Sequence record: LR880803
Length of the DNA: 64,000 nucleotides
Source of the DNA: Escherichia phage Barry
Strand: one strand, 5' to 3'
Of the stretch, positions 26,949 to 35,934 are shown in pieces; position 1 is the stretch's first letter, and each line of letters begins with the position of its first letter. A program made the translations under genes and the position numbers. The notes below the pieces were generated by a model. It was not told the origin of the DNA and did not search any database. It worked only from the letters and a program-made list of their open reading frames with translations.

Positions 26949-27289
26949 TGAAGAAAGGTTCAGTAGGTGAAATTGCTACACAATTAGCTTTCCTCAAAAG
27001 AGGTTATGAAGTATATTCACCAGCTACAGATAATGCAAAGTATGACTTTCTAGTTCACAAAGATGGTTTGATTGAAACTGTTGAGGTAAAATCAACATCA
27101 GTCAAAAGAGGTGAACTTTGGAGAGTGCAACTGAAAAGAGTTCGTTCTAACAAGAATGAAAATAGAATAATGAATTTTGATAACTCTCAAGTTGATTACT
27201 TAGCTGTTTACATTGAACCACTTGATAAAGTCGTCATCTACAAAGCTAAAGATGTCAAGTCTAAGACTGAACTTAGCTTAAAGATTTAA
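26949..27289 (+). CDS. small PD-(D/E)xK-type nuclease-like protein embedded in the tRNA island (Hjc/resolvase-like motif order)
   Basis: ATG at 26949 behind strong SD AAGGTGGTGA; GEIATQLAFLKRGYEV ... YDFLV ... VEVKS matches the E...D...E-x-K arrangement; track ORF 26768..27289 upstream part overlaps tRNAs and is not coding. Confidence 0.45.
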
Positions 27290-27530
27290 AGCCAAGCTTC
27301 ATTCGGATGTCGCTTTGGTATCCCTCGTGTATTGTCGTACACTGTCAAAGCACCTAGTAGGTGTCACGGAGAAGAGATAATATCAAGCTCTCCAAAGGTT
27401 CTAGTCACCGGATTAAACAAGACTATGCAAAGACCTATTTAGGTCTTTTTAGAGGGCTTCTAAGGTTATTAGTCGCTTGTTGTGGAACCTTGTTGCTCAG
27501 GTTCTTAGAAGTTCTCTAAAAAGATTTAAT

Positions 27531-27607
27531 GCACCTATAGCCCAACTGGTAGAGGCAGCAGACTTAGAATCTGCTCAGTGTGAGTTCGAATCTCTCTAGG
27601 TGTACCA
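27531..27607 (+). tRNA. tRNA, anticodon read as TAG, short variable arm (identity uncertain)
   Basis: acceptor GCACCTA/TAGGTGT, anticodon stem GCAGA/TCTGC loop CTTAGAA, T-loop TTCGAAT. Confidence 0.5.
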
Positions 27608-27614
27608 AATTAAT

Positions 27615-27690
27615 GCAGGTGTAGCAAAATGGTTATGCGGCTGACTCTTAATCAGTAAGACGATGGGTTCAATTCCCTCCACCTGTACCA
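27615..27690 (+). tRNA. tRNA, anticodon read as CTT (Lys), paralog of 26043..26118
   Basis: acceptor GCAGGTG/CACCTGT, loop CTCTTAA. Confidence 0.5.
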
Positions 27691-27696
27691 AACAAT

Positions 27697-27772
27697 GGGG
27701 TCATAGTTTATATGGTTAAAATTCGAGTTTTGCAAACTTGGGAACTGAGTTCAATTCTCAGTGACTCCACCA
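27697..27772 (+). tRNA. tRNA, anticodon tentatively TGC (Ala)
   Basis: acceptor GGGGTCA/TGACTCC, T-arm CTGAG-TTCAATT-CTCAG. Confidence 0.5.
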
Positions 27773-27778
27773 ATTAGT

Positions 27779-27853
27779 GCATCCATAGTTTAAACGGGAA
27801 AATTACAGTCTTCCAAACTGAGGTTGAGGGTTCGATTCCCTCTGGATGCTCCA
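27779..27853 (+). tRNA. tRNA, anticodon TCC (Gly)
   Basis: acceptor GCATCCA/TGGATGC, T-arm GAGGG-TTCGATT-CCCTC, loop CTTCCAA. Confidence 0.6.
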
Positions 27854-27860
27854 AATTAAT

Positions 27861-27935
27861 GCTCCTATCGTATAATTGGTTATTACGGTTGCCTTGTAAG
27901 CAACTTATCAGGGTTCGAGTCCTTGTGGGAGCACC
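27861..27935 (+). tRNA. tRNA, anticodon TGT (Thr)
   Basis: acceptor GCTCCTA/TGGGAGC, anticodon stem GTTGC/GCAAC loop CTTGTAA. Confidence 0.65.
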
Positions 27936-27939
27936 AATT

Positions 27940-28028
27940 CAGAGGTCAAGTGAAAGACCGCTTTGAGTCAACTGAAGACCGTAACAAATTCCACGAAGTT
28001 GAGTTAGCGGCACAACTTCAGACCTCTT
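27940..28028 (+). ncRNA. structured inter-tRNA spacer (candidate small stable RNA or processing element)
   Basis: long-range complement CAGAGGTC ... GACCTCT enclosing inner hairpin GAAGTTG...CAACTTC. Confidence 0.3.
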
Positions 28029-28032
28029 TCAT

Positions 28033-28107
28033 ACTCGCTTAGTTTATATGGTAAAACATCACCCTTACAAGATGAAGAAAAAGGTTCAAGTCCTTTAGTG
28101 AGTACCA
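28033..28107 (+). tRNA. tRNA, anticodon TAC (Val)
   Basis: acceptor ACTCGCT/AGTGAGT, D-stem GTTT/AAAC, T-arm AAAGG-TTCAAGT-CCTTT, loop CTTACAA. Confidence 0.55.
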
Positions 28108-28108
28108 T

Positions 28109-28186
28109 GTTCCAGTATCCCAATTGGCAGAGGATGCAAGCTCAAACCTTGTATTAGTGACGGTTCGAATCCGTCTTGGAACACCA
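28109..28186 (+). tRNA. tRNA, anticodon read as CAA, short variable arm (identity uncertain)
   Basis: acceptor GTTCCAG/TTGGAAC, T-arm GACGG-TTCGAAT-CCGTC. Confidence 0.5.
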
Positions 28187-28191
28187 ATTTT

Positions 28192-28267
28192 GCAGGATTA
28201 GTTCAAATGGATAGAGCAACAGTCTACGAAGCTGTTAATAGGGGTTCGAATCCCTTATCCTGCGCCA
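28192..28267 (+). tRNA. tRNA, anticodon ACG (Arg)
   Basis: acceptor GCAGGAT/ATCCTGC, D-arm GTTCAAATGGATAGAGC, loop CTACGAA. Confidence 0.65.
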
Positions 28268-28286
28268 ATTTAAAGAGGCTATTTAG

Positions 28287-28844
28287 ATGAGATATTTGAA
28301 GTATGCTTCATGGATTTTCTTAGCTTTGTTAGAGCCATTTGCAGCAATCTTAGCAGTTATCTTAGCACCTTTTGTAGTTCCATTCTACAGTGAGAAGAAA
28401 GGACACTTACCTTTCGGGTTCAGATGGATGGAGACATATGACAACCCAATTGATGGTGATGAAGGTCACGTTAAAAGATGGGCTAATATTAGATGGATTG
28501 GTAAACTAGGTGTCTACATGCAAAGAGTCGGATGGCTCTGGAGAAACAAAGCTTATAACTTCTCTTACCATGTATTAGGAAGAGATGTAAGAGATGTTAC
28601 TAAGTGGAAAGGTAATATCAACGTAAGTTCTGACCCCGAAGATAATCAGACAGGTTATCTCCTAATGTGGAACAGTAATGCTTGGGGATTATTCGCTTTT
28701 ATCCCATCAATTAAAATCTTTGGTAAACAATTTTACTGGAGAATTTATATTGGATGGAAACTAAAAAGTGTTGTCCCAGAAGAAAGAGCATTCTCAAGGG
28801 AAAGAGTTATGTTGGCATTCTTTATTCATCCACTGAGAAAGTAA
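28287..28844 (+). CDS. hypothetical Trp-rich membrane protein embedded in the tRNA island
   Basis: 185 aa; SD AAAGAGG; N-terminal hydrophobic segment FLALLEPFAAILAVILAPFVVPF. Confidence 0.45.
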   Translation: MRYLKYASWIFLALLEPFAAILAVILAPFVVPFYSEKKGHLPFGFRWMETYDNPIDGDEGHVKRWANIRWIGKLGVYMQRVGWLWRNKAYNFSYHVLGRDVRDVTKWKGNINVSSDPEDNQTGYLLMWNSNAWGLFAFIPSIKIFGKQFYWRIYIGWKLKSVVPEERAFSRERVMLAFFIHPLRK

Positions 28845-28852
28845 AGATTTAA

Positions 28853-28928
28853 AGGGGATTAGTTTACAAGGTTAAAACCTCGGTCTTTGAAATCGAAGAA
28901 GTTGGTTCAATTCCAACATCCCCCGCCA
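28853..28928 (+). tRNA. tRNA, anticodon TTG (Gln); 1:72 mismatch
   Basis: T-arm GTTGG-TTCAATT-CCAAC, D-stem GTTT/AAAC, loop CTTTGAA. Confidence 0.55.
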
Positions 28929-28930
28929 AT

Positions 28931-29009
28931 GCTCCATTACTCCAATTGGCAGAGAGGCCAGACTTAAAATCTGTGTTATGTATCGGTTCGAATCCGATAT
29001 GGAGTACCA
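28931..29009 (+). tRNA. tRNA, anticodon read as TAA (identity uncertain)
   Basis: acceptor GCTCCAT/ATGGAGT, T-arm ATCGG-TTCGAAT-CCGAT, loop CTTAAAA. Confidence 0.5.
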
Positions 29010-29014
29010 AATTT

Positions 29015-29090
29015 AGCGGTATAGCATAACTGGCAATGCAGCAGCCTCTGAAGCTGTCCTATTAAGGTTCAAATCCTTATGCCGCTGCCA
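29015..29090 (+). tRNA. tRNA, anticodon CTG (Gln)
   Basis: acceptor AGCGGTA/TGCCGCT, D-stem GCAT/ATGC, loop CTCTGAA. Confidence 0.55.
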
Positions 29091-29121
29091 CTTCTAAGGA
29101 TTCTTGCGAGAGTCCTTAAAT

Positions 29122-29197
29122 GTGGCCTTATCATAAACGGTAATGACCCATGCTGTGAACATGGTCTATACGGGTTCAAATCCCGTAGGTCACCCCA
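29122..29197 (+). tRNA. tRNA, anticodon GTG (His)
   Basis: acceptor GTGGCCT/AGGTCAC, anticodon stem CCATG/CATGG loop CTGTGAA, T-arm ACGGG-TTCAAAT-CCCGT. Confidence 0.6.
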
Positions 29198-29203
29198 ATT
29201 TAT

Positions 29204-29279
29204 AGTCCAAGTAGCTTATATGGTTAAAGCGCGTGTCTGAAAAACATGAGAAGAGGGTTCAAATCCCACTGGACTACCA
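29204..29279 (+). tRNA. tRNA, anticodon GAA (Phe)
   Basis: D-stem GCTT/AAGC, loop CTGAAAA, T-loop TTCAAAT, CCA encoded; boundaries approximate. Confidence 0.55.
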
Positions 29280-29296
29280 ATTTCAAAGGTGCTTAA

Positions 29297-30030
29297 TGAA
29301 AGAGATGACAGAACAAGGTAAGGAGATTTTTAATCTCTTAAAAACTGGTAAAGGGTTCTCTAACCCGCTTATTACTGGTGCAGCAGTTCTCGGTGGAACC
29401 GTAGCTGCTTCTACATCACTTGTAAGCTCTATTAGTTCTGTAACAGACCCTACAATGAAGGAGAAACTTGTTGCTGCTGGACTTACAACAGTCCTTCTAA
29501 ACAGCTTTACAACAAGCCTTACAAGCACTACAGCAACTACTAAAACTCTGACAGACTACGGTCAAAAATCTATTGATGAGTTTTCATCACGTATGCAGGT
29601 AGCAAAGGGGTATTCCAATGTTATGGGTGCAGCAGGAGAACAAGTTGGTTGTACACCATTCAGTGGTATCATGGGTGTTGCTACAGAGTATGGTCAAAAA
29701 GCTATTGACATGATGAACAGTACACTAGATAGTGTTAATGGTGTGTTAAGTGACTTACAAGATGCTATTGATAAGGGTCTTGATACTGTTTCTGATTTAG
29801 CTAACCAAGCTGTCAGTAAGATTAATGAAGGTATTTCAAAGATTACAGCTTATGCAGATGAAGTTGTGCAGATGATTGAAGAAGAAGCTGCCCTTATTGC
29901 AGAGTACCTTAAAACGAATATCAATGGGTTCTTAGCAGGTATCTTACCAGACTGGTTTGACGATGCTTGTAAAACTGGTGTGATTGACACTATTGCAACA
30001 CCAGAAATGAAGAGCGCATTACAGAAATAA
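29297..30030 (+). CDS. hypothetical Ser/Thr/Ala-rich protein
   Basis: ATG at 29297 (MKEMTEQG...); track ORF start 29233 lies inside the preceding tRNA. Confidence 0.45.
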
Positions 30031-30031
30031 T

Positions 30032-30124
30032 GGAAGATTAACCCTAAAAGGTAAGGGAGCAGTTTGCTAAACTGCCAGTAGCTGAGAAATCGGTGTACCA
30101 GTTCAAGTCTGGTATCTTCCTCCA
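30032..30124 (+). tRNA. class II tRNA, anticodon GCT (Ser)
   Basis: 93 nt; acceptor GGAAGAT/ATCTTCC; anticodon stem GCAGT/ACTGC loop TTGCTAA; T-arm ACCAG-TTCAAGT-CTGGT. Confidence 0.65.
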
Positions 30125-30128
30125 ATTT

Positions 30129-30204
30129 GAATCCGTGACAGAAATGGATATGTGCCTGTCTGCAAAACAGGTTTATAAGGGTTCGAGTCCCTTCGGATTC
30201 TCCA
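30129..30204 (+). tRNA. tRNA, anticodon GCA (Cys)
   Basis: acceptor GAATCCG/CGGATTC, anticodon stem CCTGT/ACAGG loop CTGCAAA, T-arm AAGGG-TTCGAGT-CCCTT. Confidence 0.65.
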
Positions 30205-30241
30205 AGTTATTTTACTCTCTCTCAATTAAAATAATAATAAT

Positions 30242-30300
30242 GCCCTGCTATAAGTATTCTTCCTTTCGCTACCGAAGAGTATTTTTAGACAGGGCTTTTT
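30242..30300 (+). terminator. compound rho-independent terminator after the tRNA island
   Basis: outer stem GCCCTG...CAGGGC with inner hairpin, followed by TTTTT. Confidence 0.5.
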
Positions 30301-30367
30301 TACAGAGTTATACTTTATAAGAAGGCTTATACAGTATGTCTCTGACGTACATTGTGGTTTCTCCTTG

Positions 30368-30390
30368 ACGGTCTCTGTGCCGTCTTTTTT
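30368..30390 (+). terminator. rho-independent terminator
   Basis: GACGG-tctctgtg-CCGTC followed by TTTTTT. Confidence 0.55.
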
Positions 30391-30426
30391 AAGGAGAAAC
30401 ATGGTTAATTATTTGGAGAAAACATA

Positions 30427-30627
30427 ATGAGTGAGACCGTTTATAAAGAACTTTATGAAGCTAACAAAAAGCTAGAATTTATGCAGAACACTATCATGGC
30501 AATTGCAGATAGATTATCTGTAGCAACAGGTATTGATATCAAAGAAGCCTCTATGGATGCACTTCTTGATGCTGTTGATGCAAAGTTCGAAGTTAAGAAA
30601 GAAGAGACTGCTACAGACTCTGAATAA
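30427..30627 (+). CDS. hypothetical small acidic protein upstream of terminase
   Basis: 66-aa ORF. Confidence 0.3.
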   Translation: MSETVYKELYEANKKLEFMQNTIMAIADRLSVATGIDIKEASMDALLDAVDAKFEVKKEETATDSE

Positions 30628-30648
30628 TTCTATTTGCGGAGGTGCTTA

Positions 30649-32250
30649 ATGGACTTAAATGCTGTTAAGCAGAAGCGAGTGGAAGATGTTAGGAAAGTCC
30701 TAGCTGGAGAGTTGGGGCTTTCTGATGAAGTAAAAGAAATTATCAAATCATTCGGTAAAGACCCCTCTAAATTCCTTCCAACTCAAATTCTGACTTTATT
30801 AAGATACACACCAGACCAAGTTCGCCTTATCTTTAAATTGATGACTGATAAGAACTATGTAGCCCCTCAACCGGGTTCTCAAGAGGTCTTTTTAAACACT
30901 AATGCTGACTTGGTTCTTTATGGTGGTGCTGCTGGTGCTGGTAAAACTGCTGCATTGTTAATGGACTCTTTAAGATTTATTGAAGACCCTAACTATAATG
31001 CTGTATATTTCCGTCGAAATACAACACAGTTACAAGGTGGTTTATGGCCTGCTGCAAAGAAACTATTTGGTAAGTTTGGTGGGATTCCTCATGAGCAGAA
31101 AATGACTATCACATTCCCTTCTGGGGCGACTATCAAGTTTACCTATCTAGAACTTGAAAAGCACGCTGAAGGCCATCAGGGTATTGAATACTCAGCTATT
31201 TACTTTGACGAAGGTACACACTTCTCTGCTTCACAGATTTCATACCTACAAACCCGTCTACGTTCTGGTGCTGAAGGTGATTCATACATGAAGATTTCCA
31301 TGAACCCAGATAGAGACCACTTTATTTACGATTGGGTAGAACCATTCTTAGATGAAGAAGGTTACCCAGACCCTGAAAAGTGTGGTCGTATTCGTTGGTA
31401 TGTAATGAATGATGGTGTGATGGTTTCTGATTGGGAGAGAGACAAGATTCTTGAAATGTTCCCTCTTGAGATTCCTCAAACATACACCTTCATCTCTGGT
31501 ACGATTGATGATAACCCAATTCTTGACTTCTTAGAACCAAAGTATCGCGGTAAGCTTGAAAACAACACCCCTGTAAACGTTGCAAGACTTCGTTTCGGTA
31601 ACTGGAAGGCTCGTGCAGAAGGTTCAAACTACTGGCAAAGACAATGGTGTGAGATTGTTGATTCACTCCCAGAAGATATATTTGATGTTAGAGCATGGGA
31701 CTTAGCAGCAACTTTACCATCTGAGGTTAACCCTAATCCAGACTGGACAGCAGGTGTTAAGATGGGTAAATCTAAAAAAGACGGTTGCTATTATATCATT
31801 GATGTAGTAAGATTTAGAGATAGACCCTCTGGAGTCGAAACACAAATTAATTTGACTGCTGAAAGTGACGGTAAGCGAACTGGTATTTTTATCCCTCAAG
31901 ACCCAGGCGCTGCTGGTAAATCCTACGCAACATCCCTCATCAGGAAACTTGCTGAGAAAGGCTATCGTGCAAGAGCTAAACCAACAAATAAAGATAAAGT
32001 TACCCGATTTGCGGGGTTTTCTGCTGCTTCTGAAGCTGGACTTGTAAAAGTTTTGAGAGGTAGTTGGAACGAAGCTTATTTCCAAGAGCTTGAAGGCTTT
32101 TGTGGTGATGGCAAAACTAAAGATGACCAAGTGGATGCTACCAGTGATGCTTTCAACAGTCTTAACGAAGTTAAATTATTCAAGCCACCATCAATGGGTG
32201 CTCACACAGACTTAGTGAGGGGAAATCCATATGAGGGGCTTAGACGTTGA
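30649..32250 (+). CDS. terL: terminase large subunit
   Basis: Walker A LVLYGGAAGAGKTAALL, Walker B-like IYFDEGTHF; ATG at 30649 behind SD GGAGGTG; ~530 aa. Confidence 0.85.
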   Translation: MDLNAVKQKRVEDVRKVLAGELGLSDEVKEIIKSFGKDPSKFLPTQILTLLRYTPDQVRLIFKLMTDKNYVAPQPGSQEVFLNTNADLVLYGGAAGAGKTAALLMDSLRFIEDPNYNAVYFRRNTTQLQGGLWPAAKKLFGKFGGIPHEQKMTITFPSGATIKFTYLELEKHAEGHQGIEYSAIYFDEGTHFSASQISYLQTRLRSGAEGDSYMKISMNPDRDHFIYDWVEPFLDEEGYPDPEKCGRIRWYVMNDGVMVSDWERDKILEMFPLEIPQTYTFISGTIDDNPILDFLEPKYRGKLENNTPVNVARLRFGNWKARAEGSNYWQRQWCEIVDSLPEDIFDVRAWDLAATLPSEVNPNPDWTAGVKMGKSKKDGCYYIIDVVRFRDRPSGVETQINLTAESDGKRTGIFIPQDPGAAGKSYATSLIRKLAEKGYRARAKPTNKDKVTRFAGFSAASEAGLVKVLRGSWNEAYFQELEGFCGDGKTKDDQVDATSDAFNSLNEVKLFKPPSMGAHTDLVRGNPYEGLRR

Positions 32251-32266
32251 TAGCTAGGTGAGAAGA

Positions 32267-33733
32267 ATGGCAGATATTACAGAAACACAAGAAAGCTTAC
32301 CACCATTTAGAATGGGTGAAGTAGGTTCTTTGGGTCTGAAGGTTAAGAATGGAAGAATCTATGAAGAACCTCGTCAGGCACTAAGGTTCCCTGAAAGTAT
32401 TAAAACTTTCCAATTAATGATGCGTGACCCTGCTGTAGCAGCATCTGTAAATATTATTAAGATGTTTGTCAGAAAAGTCAACTGGAGATTTGTACCTCCA
32501 AAGGGAAAAGAGCAAGACCCTAAAATGCTTGAAAGAGCAGACTTCTTTAATTCTTTAATGGATGACATGGAGCATGATTGGGCAGATTTTATTAACTCTG
32601 TAATGTCATTCTGCACTTATGGGTTCTGTGTTAACGAGAAAGTTTATAAGAAGCGACAGGGCAAAAAAGGAAAGTACCAGTCAAAATTTGATGATGGTCT
32701 AATTGGATGGGCTAAATTACCAATCAGAAACCAATCAACACTTGATAAGTGGTATTTTGACGAAGACTTTAGAAGAGTTACTGGTGTTAGACAGAATCTG
32801 AGAAATGTTTCACATATTGCTGGAGCAATTAATCTTGGAGAAAGACCACTAACAAGAAAACTTCCACGAGCTAAATTCATGCTGTTTAAGTATGATGATG
32901 AATATGGAAACCCAGAAGGTCGTTCACCATTACTTAATGCTTATGTACCGTGGAAGTATAAAGTACAGATTGAAGAGTATGAAGCTGTTGGCGTTTCAAG
33001 AGACTTGGTAGGTATGCCAAAAATTGGGTTACCACCAGATTATCTGGATGAAAATGCAGAACCTGAAAAGAAAGCTTTCGTACAATACTGCAAAACTGTT
33101 GTTAACGATATGATTGCTAATGATAGAGCAGGTTTAATCTGGCCTAGATATATCGACCCAGATACTAAAGAGGATATTTTTGAGTTCTCATTAGTTTCTA
33201 GACAGGGTGCTAAAGCATACGACACAGGTTCTATTATTGACAGATATTCTAAGCAGATTATGATGGCGTTTATGTCAGATGTTCTTGCTATGGGTCAGTC
33301 AAAATATGGTTCATTCTCTCTTGCAGATTCTAAGACAAGCTTACTAGCAATGTCAGTAGATATTCTGCTGAAGCAAATTAAGAACGTAATTAACCGCGAT
33401 TTAGTTGCTCAGACTTATGCTCTTAATATGTGGGATGATGAAGAACATGTGCAAATCACATATGATGATATCGAAACTCCAGACCTTGAAGCAATTGGTT
33501 CTTATATCCAGAAGACTGTTGCAGTAGGTGCTTTGGAAGTTGACAAAGAGCTATCTAACAAGCTTAGAGAGCATATTGGTCTTCCTCCTGCTGATGAGTC
33601 TCAGCCAGTATCTGAAAAGCTTTCTCCAAATAGCCAAAGCCGCTCAGGAGATGGTTATAAGACCGCTGGAGAAGGTACTGCAAAGACACCTTCAGCGAAA
33701 GACCCAAGCACAGCAAATAAGGCAAATAAATAA
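32267..33733 (+). CDS. portal protein (by position and size)
   Basis: ~490-aa ORF directly after terminase; ATG at 32267 (track start 32258 is an in-frame GTG). Confidence 0.55.
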   Translation: MADITETQESLPPFRMGEVGSLGLKVKNGRIYEEPRQALRFPESIKTFQLMMRDPAVAASVNIIKMFVRKVNWRFVPPKGKEQDPKMLERADFFNSLMDDMEHDWADFINSVMSFCTYGFCVNEKVYKKRQGKKGKYQSKFDDGLIGWAKLPIRNQSTLDKWYFDEDFRRVTGVRQNLRNVSHIAGAINLGERPLTRKLPRAKFMLFKYDDEYGNPEGRSPLLNAYVPWKYKVQIEEYEAVGVSRDLVGMPKIGLPPDYLDENAEPEKKAFVQYCKTVVNDMIANDRAGLIWPRYIDPDTKEDIFEFSLVSRQGAKAYDTGSIIDRYSKQIMMAFMSDVLAMGQSKYGSFSLADSKTSLLAMSVDILLKQIKNVINRDLVAQTYALNMWDDEEHVQITYDDIETPDLEAIGSYIQKTVAVGALEVDKELSNKLREHIGLPPADESQPVSEKLSPNSQSRSGDGYKTAGEGTAKTPSAKDPSTANKANK

Positions 33734-34233
33734 TGGCTGAAGTTATCTCTATTTCAAATGCTACACGAGTGCATTCGTATAGAGGTGTTCTTATTATCAC
33801 TGACAAATTATCTGTAGAGGCTGGCTCAAGGGTTAGCCTTTCAGGTTATGTAAGTGATGGTGGAGCCTCTGACGTTTTCACTATTTGTAGGTTACTTGAT
33901 GCACCAATGAGTGGAAAACCGTTTATTTCAGGAAATTGTAGTGAAATTGTTAAAATTCCATTTGACAGTTCATGCCTTTTGGGTGTAAAGTTATATAACT
34001 GCGAGAATAAACGTATCAATGTTAATAGCATTGAAGCCGCTTTCATTACCCTCGACACTGCATTTCAATCTCCAATGACAGTTAATAAAGAAACAAACAG
34101 ACTTGAATACATTTTTTCACAAAATGATTACAAAGTACTTGTCAAAGGCAAAGTATATGATATGATTGTAAATGTGGTAGATGAATCTGGTAACCATTCA
34201 ACAGCCCTTAAACAAAAAGTAAGGTTTAATTAA
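33733..34233 (+). CDS. hypothetical head-module protein
   Basis: 166-aa ORF, translationally coupled. Confidence 0.4.
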   Translation: MAEVISISNATRVHSYRGVLIITDKLSVEAGSRVSLSGYVSDGGASDVFTICRLLDAPMSGKPFISGNCSEIVKIPFDSSCLLGVKLYNCENKRINVNSIEAAFITLDTAFQSPMTVNKETNRLEYIFSQNDYKVLVKGKVYDMIVNVVDESGNHSTALKQKVRFN

Positions 34234-34565
34234 TGGGAACATTAACTATTGATGGTAAGAATAAAATCCTCGCCACGCTAACCCCAACGACTATTATTTT
34301 ACACAATGTAGACCCAACGGCAGACCCTACAGCAAATAAGGTTACTCAGCCAGTGGCTATTTATTTTTCTGAACCGGATAATGGCTTAATTGCCTCAGAA
34401 GACACAGTTAATATTACTGTTCCAGCTTCTGCAACGGTCTCACACTATAGCTTGTGGGATGCTAACGATAAATGCGTGGCAACTGGTGCTCTTAGCAAAC
34501 CTCAATTCTTTGCTGAAGAAGGTATCTATGTTATCTCTTCAGTCTCTGTAGATTTAAACAAATAG
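34233..34565 (+). CDS. hypothetical head-module protein
   Basis: 110-aa ORF. Confidence 0.4.
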   Translation: MGTLTIDGKNKILATLTPTTIILHNVDPTADPTANKVTQPVAIYFSEPDNGLIASEDTVNITVPASATVSHYSLWDANDKCVATGALSKPQFFAEEGIYVISSVSVDLNK

Positions 34566-34576
34566 GGTGAGTAAAA

Positions 34577-35923
34577 ATGAGTTCGAATATCTTCAGACTT
34601 GCTGATAGATTATTCAACCAACCTTTACTAGCCACTGAATCATTAGCTCACTCAGCAGCAACTTATGTGAATAACAGATTGCTGGGTGATGTCCAAGCAG
34701 CAGTAAACTTTGATAAACCCAAAGGTGAAGCAAGAAGTCTTTTAAAAGTAAAAGATGACATTGCTATTATCCCTATTATGGGTGGTTTAACCCATCGTAT
34801 GACATTCATTGATGCAATGTGTACAGGTGGATTAAGCTCTTATGAAGGTTTGCGTAGAGGCTTTGACGAAGCTTTAGCAGATGAGTCAATCAAGACTATT
34901 GTTCTGCACATTGATTCTGGTGGTGGTGAAGCTTCAGGTTGCTTTGAATTAGCACGTCACATTATGGCTTCAAGAGGCCAAAAGAAAATTATTGCTTATG
35001 TAGATGAGTTCGCTTGTTCCGCTGCATACGCTCTTGCATCTTCTGCTGAAGAAATTATTGCATCACCAGATGCAGATGTTGGTTCTATTGGTGTAATTAT
35101 GGTTCATCAGGAATTAACTAAAGCATTTGAAAAGAATGGCGTGACAATTAACGTCATCAAAGCTGGTGAGTTTAAAGGTATGGGTTCACCATTCCAAGCA
35201 CTTTCAGAAGAAAGCAAAGAAAGACTTCAAAAGAGAATTAATGATACCTACGCAACCTTTACAGGTTTTGTAGCCGAATCTCGTAATCTCTCTGAAGAAG
35301 CTGTAAAGAATACTGAGGCGAATGTTTATTCTGCTCAGGAAGCTCTTGAACTTGGTTTAATTAACTCAATCATGTCTCAAGATGATTTCTTAAATTACTT
35401 ACAAGGTTCTGAAGAGGCTCCTGTAAGTTTAAACGTTAACAATTCAGGTGAAGAAATGACTGAACAAGAAAAGCAAGAACTAGAAGCTTTGCGTCTTCAG
35501 GTTGCTCAAATGAAAGCTAAAGAACAGGAAGCTGCTTTGTCAGATTTGACTAATAAGATTTCTGCTTCTGCTGAAGCTTTTGGGTTTGATGCAAAAGAAG
35601 CTGCAACGGCTATTTTAGGTGCTGGTCTTGATAACCCTCTGAGCGTTCTGTTTATGAATGCTATGGAAGGTGCTAACCAGAAACTTAATGAAACTATCGC
35701 GTCCCATGCTTCTGCAATGGAAGAAAAAGAATCAGAAATTACCAAGCTGAAAGAAACTGCTGGTGCTGTTCTTGAACATTCCAACGCTATGGAAGAAGTG
35801 GGTAATGACGGCGAAGCTGATTTGGTTGAAGAAGAAAAAGAACCAGCTAAGAATGCTTCCGAAGACACCGCTGAACAACGCAAACTGGCTCTCCAGAATG
35901 CTCTAAAATCTCTTATCAAATAA
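34577..35923 (+). CDS. prohead protease (S49/ClpP-like) fused to scaffold-like acidic coiled-coil C-terminus
   Basis: IVLHIDSGGGEASG and EFACSAAYALA blocks typical of S49 peptidases; C-terminal 180 aa rich in E/A/K. Confidence 0.7.
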   Translation: MSSNIFRLADRLFNQPLLATESLAHSAATYVNNRLLGDVQAAVNFDKPKGEARSLLKVKDDIAIIPIMGGLTHRMTFIDAMCTGGLSSYEGLRRGFDEALADESIKTIVLHIDSGGGEASGCFELARHIMASRGQKKIIAYVDEFACSAAYALASSAEEIIASPDADVGSIGVIMVHQELTKAFEKNGVTINVIKAGEFKGMGSPFQALSEESKERLQKRINDTYATFTGFVAESRNLSEEAVKNTEANVYSAQEALELGLINSIMSQDDFLNYLQGSEEAPVSLNVNNSGEEMTEQEKQELEALRLQVAQMKAKEQEAALSDLTNKISASAEAFGFDAKEAATAILGAGLDNPLSVLFMNAMEGANQKLNETIASHASAMEEKESEITKLKETAGAVLEHSNAMEEVGNDGEADLVEEEKEPAKNASEDTAEQRKLALQNALKSLIK

Positions 35924-35934
35924 GGAACACAATA

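Noticed and set aside
34577-35923. Possible intein or second gene inside the protease/scaffold ORF, given its length (448 aa)
   Set aside because: The N-terminal 270 aa carry the S49 protease blocks and the remainder is an uninterrupted acidic helical tail typical of a fused scaffold; no intein-like Cys/Ser...HN boundaries.
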